DNA of 64,000 nt from Pseudomonadota bacterium. Its GTDB lineage: Bacteria; Pseudomonadota; Gammaproteobacteria; Burkholderiales; UBA9220. Position numbers and translations under genes: made by a program. Position 1 is the first letter of the stretch, and the number at the start of each line of letters is the position of its first letter. The stretch covers positions 8,218 to 72,217 of the forward strand of contig JAJZVC010000009.1 of the NCBI GenBank assembly GCA_021845865.1, given 5' to 3'. A model generated the notes under the pieces. That model worked only from the letters and a program-made list of their open reading frames with translations. It was not told where the DNA came from and searched no databases. Shown piece by piece: positions 38,003 through 46,998 of the stretch.

Positions 38003-38395
38003 ATGTCGATTGAACAGGTAGGAAGCACAGTGCAGCCCATGGTCAGTCACGTGGACAACAACACGGTCCGCTCCGCGACTGGCACTGATAAACAGGTGCC
38101 GACTGAGCACGCAGCCAAGCCGGCTTCCACCAATGACGTGCTGAATGCTCAGGCCAAGAGCCAGCAGGACAGTCAAAAAGAACTGAATAGCGCGGTAAAG
38201 ACCGCCAACAAGTTCATGCAGGCGCTGTCCCAGAACCTTCAATTCAGTATCGATAAGGATACCGAGAAGGTTGTCGTCAAACTGGTGGATAATTCGACCA
38301 AGGAAGTCGTCAAACAGATCCCGTCGGAAGAAATGCTGGCCATAGCCAAGGCATTGGACAAGCTGCAAGGGCTGTTGGTCAAGGAAAAGGCCTAA
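38003..38395 (+). CDS. flaG: FlaG family flagellar protein
   Basis: ORF 37955-38395 trimmed to ATG 38003, preceded by GAGGTGG. The C-terminal LQFSIDKDTEKVVVKLVDNSTKEVVKQIPSEEMLAIAKAL is the FlaG signature region. Confidence 0.8.
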   Translation: MSIEQVGSTVQPMVSHVDNNTVRSATGTDKQVPTEHAAKPASTNDVLNAQAKSQQDSQKELNSAVKTANKFMQALSQNLQFSIDKDTEKVVVKLVDNSTKEVVKQIPSEEMLAIAKALDKLQGLLVKEKA

Positions 38396-38441
38396 TAACC
38401 TTTCTTAGGCTCATGGCGGTTACTAGGTAAAGGAGACAGTC

Positions 38442-40745
38442 ATGGCTATCGCATCGCCAGGAATCGGTTCCAATCTGGATGTTAATGGCATTGTCAGCCA
38501 ATTGATGACCATTGAGCGCCAGCCCATTAACGACTTAGTCAAGAAAGAAGCGAGTTTTCAAGCGAAACTCACGGCTTATGGGTCATTGCGCGGAGCCTTG
38601 TCGTCTTTTCAGAGTTCGGTAAGCGCCCTGAATAGTCCTCTCAAGTTTACCTCCATCAAGGCGAGCGTTGGGGACTCTACCGTTGCCACTGCCTCCGCCT
38701 CCAGCATTGCCGCGAGTGGAACGTACAATCTTGAAGTGACAAGCCTGGCAAGGGCGCAAAGCCTGGTTTCGGGGGCGTTCACCAATGTGACGGACGCGGT
38801 CGGCACGGGCCAGCTGACTTTTCAGTTTTACGACACCAGCACCGGAACGGTAAACAGTTCCATGCCCGCCACGACCGTCACCATCGATTCGGCCCACAAT
38901 TCGCTGGCGGGCGTTCGGGATGCCGTGAACAGCGCTAACGCCGGCGTGACGGCCACGATTATCAATGACGGCACCGGCAATAAACTGGTATTCACGTCCA
39001 ACAGCACCGGGACGGCCAATAGCCTCAAAATCAGCGTCACGGATAATGACGGCAACAACACCGACAACAGCGGATTGTCCCAGTTGGCCTACGACCCCGC
39101 TGGAAGCGCGGGGGCTGGGAAGAATCTGACGCAAAGCCAGGCGGCCCAGAATGCCGTGCTGAAAGTAAACGGATTGACGGTCACCAAGTCTTCCAACACC
39201 GTTACGGATGCGATCCAGGGTGTAACGCTGAATCTCTTGTCCACCACCACGGCCCCCACGACAGTCAGCGTGGCGCGAGATTCCAGTTCCGTTTCGTCTT
39301 TAGTGGATAGTTTTGTCAAAGCCTATAACGATCTGAACAAGACCATCGGCGACCTGACATCCTATGATCCCTCAACCAAGCAAGCGGGCTTGCTGCAGGG
39401 GGACTCCACCACGCGCAACATCCAGCAACGCATTCGTTCCCTGCTCGGCAATTCCATCATGGGGGTTGACGGCAGCATGACCAATTTGTCGGCCATCGGT
39501 GTCAGTTTCCAGAAGGATGGCTCCTTGGCGCTGGATACCACGAAGCTGCAAAATGCGTTGAATTCCAATCCGGACAGCGTGACGGGATTGTTCGCCGCAT
39601 TTGGCAAACCGTCGGACAGTTTGGTCAGTTACATTAGCTCCACCACCAACACCCAGCCGGGCTCTTACGGTCTTGACGTTACGCAGATCGCAACGCAGGG
39701 CAAGGCCGTGGGAAGCCAAGCGGCGACGCAGGGCTACGCGCTGGGTGCTGCTTCCGTTGGCGCAGGCGTGACCATCACCGCCGGCGTGAATGATGCGCTA
39801 TCGATGACCGTAGATGGCCAAGCGGTGGCCGTCACACTGACGGCGGGCTCCTATACGGCCAGTACGTTGGCCACTGAGGTTCAGAACCAGCTCAACGCCG
39901 CGCTGACCGGAGGAAAATCGGTAACCGCCAGCGAATCAGGCGGGGTGTTGTCCGTTCTGTCCAATAGCACGGGGGCATCCTCCACCATAAGCGGGATCGG
40001 TGGCAGTTCGGTCAGTACGATTTTTGGCGGGACGCCAACGGCCACGACGGCAGTGAAAATCACCTCGGCCATCAATGATTCCCTCAGCCTTCAGGTGGAT
40101 GGCATCAGCGCCAGCGTTACCTTGGGGGCGGGCGTGTACACGACGGCCGCGCTGACAGCCGAAATACAGTCGAAAATCAATGGCGCCTCGGCGTTTAGCG
40201 GAAACGGCATTTCCGTTGCCGTTGCTTACAGCAGCGGGACCTATACGATCACATCCAACCGTTACGGTTCTGCATCCTCGGTGCAAAACATGGCGGGCAA
40301 CGCCTTGTCCACCGTTATGGGAGGCACGCCAGTCAGCACGACGGGCCTGGATGTCGCGGGAACTATCAACGGCCTAAGCGCCACAGGCTCGGGTCAATAC
40401 CTGACGGGCTCGGGAGGCGGCGTGGCTGGGTTGCAAATTCAGGTGACTGGCGGGTCTACCGGTTACCGAGGCACCGTGAACTTTACCCAGGGGTTTGCCT
40501 ATCAGCTGGACCAACTGGTGGGGGATATGCTTGCCAGCGATGGGCCGCTTAGCGGTAGGACCAATGGCATCAATAACAGCATCGATGACCTGAACAAACA
40601 GATGCAAACCCTGCAGAATCGGATGACGGACACCGAGGCACGTTACCGGCAGCAATTCACGGCACTCGATCAGATGATTGGTAAAATGAAGCAGACGAGC
40701 GATTACCTGGCGCAGCAGTTGGCCAACTTGCCAAAAGTAGGCTAA
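38442..40745 (+). CDS. fliD: Flagellar filament capping protein FliD (767 aa)
   Basis: N-terminus GIGSNLDVNGIVSQLMTIERQPINDLVKKEASFQAKLTAYGSL and C-terminus RMTDTEARYRQQFTALDQMIGKMKQTSDYLAQQLANL. AGGAG is present upstream of the ATG. Confidence 0.9.
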   Translation: MAIASPGIGSNLDVNGIVSQLMTIERQPINDLVKKEASFQAKLTAYGSLRGALSSFQSSVSALNSPLKFTSIKASVGDSTVATASASSIAASGTYNLEVTSLARAQSLVSGAFTNVTDAVGTGQLTFQFYDTSTGTVNSSMPATTVTIDSAHNSLAGVRDAVNSANAGVTATIINDGTGNKLVFTSNSTGTANSLKISVTDNDGNNTDNSGLSQLAYDPAGSAGAGKNLTQSQAAQNAVLKVNGLTVTKSSNTVTDAIQGVTLNLLSTTTAPTTVSVARDSSSVSSLVDSFVKAYNDLNKTIGDLTSYDPSTKQAGLLQGDSTTRNIQQRIRSLLGNSIMGVDGSMTNLSAIGVSFQKDGSLALDTTKLQNALNSNPDSVTGLFAAFGKPSDSLVSYISSTTNTQPGSYGLDVTQIATQGKAVGSQAATQGYALGAASVGAGVTITAGVNDALSMTVDGQAVAVTLTAGSYTASTLATEVQNQLNAALTGGKSVTASESGGVLSVLSNSTGASSTISGIGGSSVSTIFGGTPTATTAVKITSAINDSLSLQVDGISASVTLGAGVYTTAALTAEIQSKINGASAFSGNGISVAVAYSSGTYTITSNRYGSASSVQNMAGNALSTVMGGTPVSTTGLDVAGTINGLSATGSGQYLTGSGGGVAGLQIQVTGGSTGYRGTVNFTQGFAYQLDQLVGDMLASDGPLSGRTNGINNSIDDLNKQMQTLQNRMTDTEARYRQQFTALDQMIGKMKQTSDYLAQQLANLPKVG
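39765..40343 (+). repeat. Tandem duplication of a ~95-aa module inside FliD
   Basis: aa 442-536 (GVTITAGVNDALSMTVDGQAVAVTLTAGSYTASTLATEVQNQLNAAL...GGTPTATT) aligns colinearly with aa 537-634 (AVKITSAINDSLSLQVDGISASVTLGAGVYTTAALTAEIQSKINGAS...GGTPVSTT). Confidence 0.6.
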
Positions 40746-40815
40746 TTCCACTTTGTTTCTGGCTGCTGTGAGGCTAAACTGAGGCAATTTTGATTGGAAG
40801 CCGGAGTTCGTTTAT

Positions 40816-41286
40816 ATGACTAAAGAATCAGCAGTTAATCACTATGCCCAAGTGGGGGTTGAAACGGGCCTGATGGATGCGTCCCCGCATAGCCTTATTC
40901 TCATGCTTTTGGAAGGGGCGATCATCTCCACCAATATCGCCAAGATGCAGCTTGAAAATCACAATATTCCCGAGAAGTGCGCCGCTATTTCGAAGGCCTT
41001 GGCGATTATCGACGAGGGATTGCGTGCCAGCCTGGACAAGAAGGCGGGCGAGGAAATCGCGGAGAACCTGGATTCCCTGTATGAATACATGGGCAACCGC
41101 TTGGTCATGGCAAATCTTCATAACCAGACCGAACCCTTGGATGAGGTTGTCCGCCTGTTGACAGAGATTAAAGAGGCTTGGGAGCAGATTAAGCCAAAGT
41201 CCGATGTGCCGGCCAGCGCTCCGCAGCCGTCAGCCAGCGTGGAGCAGCCGCCTAAACGCGAGTCGCAGAGCTATGGAAAAGCCTGA
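40816..41286 (+). CDS. fliS: Flagellin-specific chaperone FliS
   Basis: 156-aa ORF with YAQVGVETGLMDASPHSLILMLLEGAIISTNIAKMQLE and LDSLYEYMGNRLVMANL, typical of FliS. Confidence 0.9.
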   Translation: MTKESAVNHYAQVGVETGLMDASPHSLILMLLEGAIISTNIAKMQLENHNIPEKCAAISKALAIIDEGLRASLDKKAGEEIAENLDSLYEYMGNRLVMANLHNQTEPLDEVVRLLTEIKEAWEQIKPKSDVPASAPQPSASVEQPPKRESQSYGKA

Positions 41287-41611
41287 CGTCCAAGGGGGCG
41301 AAGAGACTATCTCCATATATGCGCATCTTCTGGAACTGACTCAGAAAATGCTGACGCTTGCAAAACAATCGGCTTGGGATGACCTCGCTCCCATCGAAGC
41401 GCAGCGGGCTCAGCTGGTTGCCAGGCTGAAGCTCATGGACGACAAGGCAGACAACAGGGATACAAAGCTCCAGGAAGCGGTGCTTATTCAACAGATACTC
41501 AGCCTCGATGAGGAAACGAGGAAGCTATGTTCTGAATGGATGGTGGAGTTAAGGAGTATCCTCGATAGCTTCGATGCAAAAAAAAAAATTAACAAGGCCT
41601 ACGACCTCTAA
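41273..41611 (+). CDS. fliT: FliT-like flagellar chaperone
   Basis: ORF 41204-41611 trimmed to ATG 41273, overlapping the fliS end by 14 nt. It is a 112-aa helical protein (LLELTQKMLTLAKQSAWDDLAPIEAQRAQLVARL) located downstream of fliS. Confidence 0.6.
   Translation: MEKPDVQGGEETISIYAHLLELTQKMLTLAKQSAWDDLAPIEAQRAQLVARLKLMDDKADNRDTKLQEAVLIQQILSLDEETRKLCSEWMVELRSILDSFDAKKKINKAYDL
41578..41588 (+). repeat. A11 homopolymer tract inside the fliT 3' end
   Basis: Counted directly: gatgc-AAAAAAAAAAA-ttaac, encoding DAKKKIN. Confidence 0.9.
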
Positions 41612-41728
41612 TTCCAAATACCACGCCTCATCCGCCAGCACACTGCAGTCGCCTCAAGGCTGTCAGCAGTTCAATTCTGTTCTCTGCAACACCTTAATTC
41701 ATCCAACGGGCGTTTCAAGGAGGCCGCA

Positions 41729-42121
41729 TTGGATGCGCTGGTAATCACCTGGCGGGAATTGCTGGTGGTGGTAATACTCGTGCTGGCCGTTTATGTTGCG
41801 GAGATGCTGCTATTCATCCGTTCTGGAGGGCAACGGCCGCGTATCAGGCTCTGGCAAAACAAGGATACGGGGGGCGGCGCCTCGGCCCGGGAAATTAGAG
41901 TATTACGGGAAGAAGTGGGGGAATTGCGCGATGAGCTTGCCGAAATGCGCGGTGAGCTGGAAGTACTGAAGAATATTCAGGTATCTGGAAATTCACCCTA
42001 CACCCAGGCGATTCAAATGGCTCGCGAAGGCTCCAGCGCGGGAGAGGTGGCCGAGACCTGCGGTATCTCCCGCGGAGAGGCAGAGCTGATTGTAGCCATG
42101 CACCGGGGCGATGCGCCATGA
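41729..42121 (+). CDS. Small membrane-anchored protein with C-terminal HTH-like segment (DUF2802-like)
   Basis: TTG start, 5 nt after AAGGAGG (41717-41723). The N-terminus is hydrophobic (LLVVVILVLAVYVAEMLLFI) and the C-terminus is GISRGEAELIVAMHRG. An ATGA overlap couples it to fliK. Confidence 0.5.
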   Translation: MDALVITWRELLVVVILVLAVYVAEMLLFIRSGGQRPRIRLWQNKDTGGGASAREIRVLREEVGELRDELAEMRGELEVLKNIQVSGNSPYTQAIQMAREGSSAGEVAETCGISRGEAELIVAMHRGDAP

Positions 42122-43200
42122 TACCCAACGATGTGCTGACCCAGCTCCAGTCGCTGATTCGTACCTCGGCACCGCCGCTATTAGAGGTTTCGGAACACCC
42201 AACGGAGATGCCCCAGTGGGTTCCGGGGCAGAAGCTGACAGCAACGGTCCTTGCCACCCTGCCAAACGGTCGTTTTCAAGTACTGGTCTCCGATATGTTC
42301 TTGGACATGAATTTGCCCAAGAATACCCAGCCAGGTCAAAACATCGAGTTAACCTTCATATCCAGCCAGCCGCGTCTGACATTTGCCCTCTCCAAGGACC
42401 TGGAGATGGCCGCGCAGTCACAGTCCAACGTCAAACTTAGCGATACGGCCCGTTTTCTAGGAGGGCTGCTGGAGCGGCTTTCCACGATGAAAAGCGATGA
42501 AAGCGCGCCGATGGCGAAAATGGCCCCGCTTATCGCCGGTGAGCCTGCGAACACCAAGGAACTGGCCCAGGTCCTGCATGGGGCTATTTCAAAAAGCGGA
42601 TTATTCTACGAATCCCACCAAGCCCAGTGGGTTGCCGGGCAACGCCCCCTTTCCGAGCTTCTGCAAGAGCCGCAGGGGCGCCTTTCCTCCAGTCCCATGA
42701 TGCCCAAGGAGGCCGGCGGGCAGACGGTGCCCCTTGGCCACAATACCCAAGACAATCCCAAGCTGCCCGTTGGGAACGAAAACCTGCAACATCTAGCGAC
42801 AAAACCAGGTGGGACGATGGAAGAAAAGGTTCATCCGCAGACCTTGCCCCTGGTGCAACAGCAAATCGAGACGCTGGATAGCCGACAGATGGTTTGGCAG
42901 GGCCAGGTCTGGCCCCAGCAGTCCATGCGTTGGGAAATCGAGGAAAGAGCGGCGCGGGATGGCGAAGGAGAGGAGTTCCCCGTCTGGCAGACGCGGCTGC
43001 GCTTGCAGATGCCGAATCTCGGCGATGTGACGGCGATACTGGCTTTTGCGCCTCAAGGCATCAAAATTGACATCGACGTGGCGGAAGACGCTACGGGAAC
43101 CTTGATGCGGGCTTCGCAGCCGGAGCTTGGTCAGGCCTTTGATCGTGCGGGCTTGAAGCTGACGGGGATGGCGGTACATGCCAAACGACAACCCGATTGA
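42118..43200 (+). CDS. fliK: Flagellar hook-length control protein FliK
   Basis: 360-aa ORF with a C-terminal Flg_hook-type region LRLQMPNLGDVTAILAFAPQGIKIDIDVAEDATGTLMRASQPELGQAFDRAGLKLTGMAV. Confidence 0.75.
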   Translation: MIPNDVLTQLQSLIRTSAPPLLEVSEHPTEMPQWVPGQKLTATVLATLPNGRFQVLVSDMFLDMNLPKNTQPGQNIELTFISSQPRLTFALSKDLEMAAQSQSNVKLSDTARFLGGLLERLSTMKSDESAPMAKMAPLIAGEPANTKELAQVLHGAISKSGLFYESHQAQWVAGQRPLSELLQEPQGRLSSSPMMPKEAGGQTVPLGHNTQDNPKLPVGNENLQHLATKPGGTMEEKVHPQTLPLVQQQIETLDSRQMVWQGQVWPQQSMRWEIEERAARDGEGEEFPVWQTRLRLQMPNLGDVTAILAFAPQGIKIDIDVAEDATGTLMRASQPELGQAFDRAGLKLTGMAVHAKRQPD

Positions 43201-43504
43201 GAAACAGCGCCAGGCCGTGGCGTTGGCTTATTCAACAGGAGATGCCGCCCCGAAAGTCGTGGCGAAAGGGCGGGGCATTTTGGCGCAAACCATTATCGAG
43301 CGCGCCAAGGAGGCGGGGGTCTACGTTCATGAATCTCCTGAACTGGTGTCGCTTCTGATGCAGGTGGACTTGGATCAGCATATTCCGCCCGAACTCTATC
43401 TGGCCGTCGCGGAACTGCTGGCCTGGCTTTATCGACTGGAGCATGGAAAAACCGGCCTACCGCCTCCGGATTTGTTATCCAAGCTGCCGCCGGCGACTCA
43501 GTAA
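43178..43504 (+). CDS. Stand-alone FlhB/YscU C-terminal-domain homolog (EscU/YscU/HrcU family)
   Basis: 108-aa ORF. AVALAYSTGDAAPKVVAKGRGILAQTIIERAKEAGVYVHESPELVSLLMQVDLDQHIPPELYLAVAELLAWLY is colinear with the FlhB-C region after the NPTH site. It overlaps fliK by 23 nt. Confidence 0.8.
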   Translation: MPNDNPIEKQRQAVALAYSTGDAAPKVVAKGRGILAQTIIERAKEAGVYVHESPELVSLLMQVDLDQHIPPELYLAVAELLAWLYRLEHGKTGLPPPDLLSKLPPATQ

Positions 43505-43510
43505 CTCATC

Positions 43511-46084
43511 TCATTGGACCGGCTGCAATTGATGCAGCAAATCCGTCTCCAACCTTAGAATTTCCTTGGGCTTGCTTAATTCCTTGCCGGTGACAAGGAA
43601 GGTATCCTCGGCCCGCTCGCCGAGGGTGGTGATTTTTGCCGTGTGCAAATGGATATGGTGCTTAACGAAAATCTGGGCGATTTCGGATAAAAGCCCGGGC
43701 CGGTCACCGGCCACCAGGGACAGGACATGGTAGATGTTTTTCTCGTCCGGCCCGATGTTGACCTGGGGAAGAATGGGAAAATGCTTCAAATGGCGGCTGA
43801 CGCGCCGCTTTGGCGTCAATTCAGGGGGCGTTCTGACTTCCAGATACTTGCTGAGTTCATATTCCACGAAATTGAGCACGTCCCGGTAGTGGGAAACGCG
43901 CTTGCCCTCGTCCAGCACGACAAAACTATCCAGCGCATAGCCGTGGCGAGTGGTGTGGATTTTCGCTTCGACGATGTTGTAATGGGCGCGTTCGAAAAAG
44001 CTGCAAATGCGGGCGAACAGGTAGTCGTGGGAGTGAGTGTAAATCAGCACCTGCAATCCTTCGCCTTCCTGTACCACGCGGGCGCGCACCACAGGCTGCG
44101 CGCCGTCCACGCGACGGTGGAGGAGACGAGTGTGCCAAGCGATTTCGTCGGCGTCGTGGCGCAGGAAATAACTATCGTCCAGTTGCCGCCACAGGGCCAG
44201 ATGGGCATCGTCGGCAACCGCGTGGTGACGAAGGATAGCCAGTGCTTCCGCTTGACGCTCCTCCAAGTAGGTATGGGACGGGGTTTCGCCTAGCTCCCGT
44301 AGGCGGCGCAGGGTGGCGTTGTACAGGTCCTCCAGCAGTTTGCCTTTCCATGCGTTCCAGACCTGAGGGCTGGTGCCGCGGATGTCCGCCACCGTCAGGA
44401 GGTAAAGGGCAGTCAGGTGGCGTTCGTCCCGCGCCCGGGCGGCAAAAGCGGCGATGATGTCAGGGTCGGACAAATCCTGCTTTTGGGCGGTAGCGGACAT
44501 CACCAGGTGGTTCTCCACCAGCCAGCAGATCAGTTCGGTATCTTCGTCGTCAATCCCGTGCTGTTTGCAGAAGCGGCGCGCATCCTTGGTCCCGAGTTGG
44601 GAGTGATCGCCGCCGCGCCCCTTGGCGATGTCGTGGAACAAGGCCGCGACCATCAGTATTTCCTGGCGTTTGAACCCCTTGATCAGCCGACTGCAGGAGG
44701 GAAACTCATGGGCGAATTCGGGAACGGTGAAACGCCGCAGGTTGCGCACGACGAAGAGGATGTGTTCGTCCACGGTGTAAACGTGGAACAAATCATGCTG
44801 CATTTGGCCGATGATGCGGCCGAAGGCGGGCAGATAACGGCCGAGGATGCCGTAGCGGTTCATGCGGCGCAATTCATGGGTAATGCCGTGGTGTTCCCGC
44901 AGAATCCGCATGAACAGCTCGCGGTTTTCCGCTTGGCGGCGGAAGGTGGCGTCGATCAGCGGGGCGGCACGCCAAAGGGCGCGCAAGGTGGAAGGGCTCA
45001 GGCCCTCCAGCTTGGTATTGCGCTCCAACACCAGGAAGGTTTCCAGAATGGCGGAAGGGCGTTGCTGGTATAGGTTTTCATCGCGGATTTCCAGGTAGCG
45101 GTTGCGTATCTGGAAGTGATCGTCGATGGGTTGGATATCGGCTTGCCGGTCCGGCAGGGAAAACTCCCGCAGGGTGTTGAGGAGCAACTCGTTCAACATC
45201 GCGACAGCCTTGGCGGTCCGGTAGTAGCGCTGCATCAGCCTTTCGCTGGCGATACGCTGGCCGGAATCGGCAAATCCCATTTCTTCGGCCAGCGCTTTTT
45301 GGTGATCGAACAGCAGCCGGTCTTCCTTGCGCTTGGCCAGGTAATGAAGGCGGATGCGCAGGTTCTGCAGCAACAGCTCGTGGCGGCGTATTTCCTGGGT
45401 TTCCTCTCGGGTCAGGAGGCCGTTCTGGGACAGTTCGTGCCAGTTGTAGCCGAGGCCGAGAGCGCCGCTGACCCAGAGGATGTTCTGTAAGTCGCGCAGG
45501 CCACCCGGGCTTTCCTTCAGGTTGGGCTCCAGATTGTAGGAGGTGCCATGGTAGCGCTGGTGGCGCTGCTGTTGCTCCAGCAACTTGGCTTCGACAAAGG
45601 ACACGGGGTTGAGCTGGCGGCGTATGGCCTGCTTGAAACGGCAAAAAAGCTCGGCTTTGCCGCAAATGAAACGGGCTTCCAGCAAGTTGGTCTGGACGGT
45701 GATGTCCTTGCCGGCCTCCTCCAGGCACTGGGATAGGGTGCGGACGCTGTGCCCCACCTCCAGGCCGATATCCCAGAGAAAGCGAATCAGTTCCTCGAGA
45801 GAGCCATCATGCTCTGCGGTTTCTCCCTCGGGCAGGAGGATGAGAAGGTCGATATCGGATTGGGGGTAGAGTTCTCCCCGGCCATAGCCCCCCACAGCCA
45901 TCAGGACCAACCCCGGCGCAAGGGCCATTTCCTGCCACAGGTCCGTCAATAGCTGGTCGATGAACCGGCTGAGATGGCGCAGCAGCGCCAGGGCGTTGCC
46001 GTTGTGCTGATATTGGCGATGCAGCTCCTCCTTGCCCTCGGTCAGTCGTGCGCGCCAATGGGCGAGGGACAGGGCAGGGGACAT
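43511..46084 (-). CDS. glnD: [Protein-PII] uridylyltransferase / uridylyl-removing enzyme
   Basis: 857-aa ORF with AVGGYGRGELYPQSDIDLLILLPEG (nucleotidyltransferase), an HD domain (FHDIAKGRGGDHS) and two C-terminal ACT-like regions. Confidence 0.92.
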   Translation of the reverse strand: MSPALSLAHWRARLTEGKEELHRQYQHNGNALALLRHLSRFIDQLLTDLWQEMALAPGLVLMAVGGYGRGELYPQSDIDLLILLPEGETAEHDGSLEELIRFLWDIGLEVGHSVRTLSQCLEEAGKDITVQTNLLEARFICGKAELFCRFKQAIRRQLNPVSFVEAKLLEQQQRHQRYHGTSYNLEPNLKESPGGLRDLQNILWVSGALGLGYNWHELSQNGLLTREETQEIRRHELLLQNLRIRLHYLAKRKEDRLLFDHQKALAEEMGFADSGQRIASERLMQRYYRTAKAVAMLNELLLNTLREFSLPDRQADIQPIDDHFQIRNRYLEIRDENLYQQRPSAILETFLVLERNTKLEGLSPSTLRALWRAAPLIDATFRRQAENRELFMRILREHHGITHELRRMNRYGILGRYLPAFGRIIGQMQHDLFHVYTVDEHILFVVRNLRRFTVPEFAHEFPSCSRLIKGFKRQEILMVAALFHDIAKGRGGDHSQLGTKDARRFCKQHGIDDEDTELICWLVENHLVMSATAQKQDLSDPDIIAAFAARARDERHLTALYLLTVADIRGTSPQVWNAWKGKLLEDLYNATLRRLRELGETPSHTYLEERQAEALAILRHHAVADDAHLALWRQLDDSYFLRHDADEIAWHTRLLHRRVDGAQPVVRARVVQEGEGLQVLIYTHSHDYLFARICSFFERAHYNIVEAKIHTTRHGYALDSFVVLDEGKRVSHYRDVLNFVEYELSKYLEVRTPPELTPKRRVSRHLKHFPILPQVNIGPDEKNIYHVLSLVAGDRPGLLSEIAQIFVKHHIHLHTAKITTLGERAEDTFLVTGKELSKPKEILRLETDLLHQLQPVQ

Positions 46085-46089
46085 GGCGC

Positions 46090-46893
46090 CTAGGCGGTAT
46101 TACGGGAAGGCCGGGGGGGAGTGCCGGCTGAAAGCGTCAACACTTCGCAGCCGGTGGGCGTGACGAGTACCGTGTGCTCCCACTGGGCGGAAAGACTGTG
46201 GTCCTTGGTGACCACGGTCCAGCCGTCGCCGAGCTGCTTGATGTCGCGACGCCCCGCATTGATCATGGGCTCGATGGTGAAGGTCATTCCGGCTTCAAGC
46301 TTGATCCCGGTACCCGCTCGGCCATAGTGCAGGACTTGGGGGTCTTCGTGGAAATTTCGTCCGATGCCGTGGCCGCAGAACTCACGAACGACACTGAAGC
46401 CGTTTTTTTCGGCGAAGGTCTGGATGGCATGGCCGATGTCCCCCAAATGAGCGCCTGGCCTGACCTGATCGATGCCAAGCCACAGGCTCTCGTAGGTCAA
46501 TTCGCACAGACGGCGCGCCTGGATGGAGGGTTCGCCGACGTAGTACATGCGGCTGGTATCGCCGTGGAAACCGTCTTTGATAACGGTGATGTCCAAGTTG
46601 ACGATATCCCCCGGCTTGAGCTTCTTTTCTCCCGGCACGCCATGGCACACCTGGTGGTTGACGGAGGTGCAAATCGACTTGGGATAGGGGCGGTGGCCAT
46701 GGGGCGCATAATTGAGGGGGGCGGGAATGGCGCCCTGGACGTTGACCATGTAGTCATGGCACAGCCTATCCAACTCCCCTGTGGTAACGCCTACCTGAAC
46801 GTAGGGCTCGATGTAGTCCAATACTTCGGAGGCCAGCCTTCCGGCCAGGCGCATTTTTTCGATTTCTTCGGGGGTCTTGATGGTTACTGCCAT
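46090..46893 (-). CDS. map: Type I methionine aminopeptidase
   Basis: 267-aa ORF with CHGVPG, IVNLDITVIKDGFHGDTSRMY, FCGHGIG and TIEPMIN. Confidence 0.95.
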   Translation of the reverse strand: MAVTIKTPEEIEKMRLAGRLASEVLDYIEPYVQVGVTTGELDRLCHDYMVNVQGAIPAPLNYAPHGHRPYPKSICTSVNHQVCHGVPGEKKLKPGDIVNLDITVIKDGFHGDTSRMYYVGEPSIQARRLCELTYESLWLGIDQVRPGAHLGDIGHAIQTFAEKNGFSVVREFCGHGIGRNFHEDPQVLHYGRAGTGIKLEAGMTFTIEPMINAGRRDIKQLGDGWTVVTKDHSLSAQWEHTVLVTPTGCEVLTLSAGTPPRPSRNTA

Positions 46894-46998
46894 GGGGCGG
46901 TCTTCGGTTAAAATCCGTTTAGGATAGTGGATTGCGTAGCCGACTTCAATCCAAGGCCGCCGCGGAACGATTTTTAAACCCCATGGACCAAGGGCATT

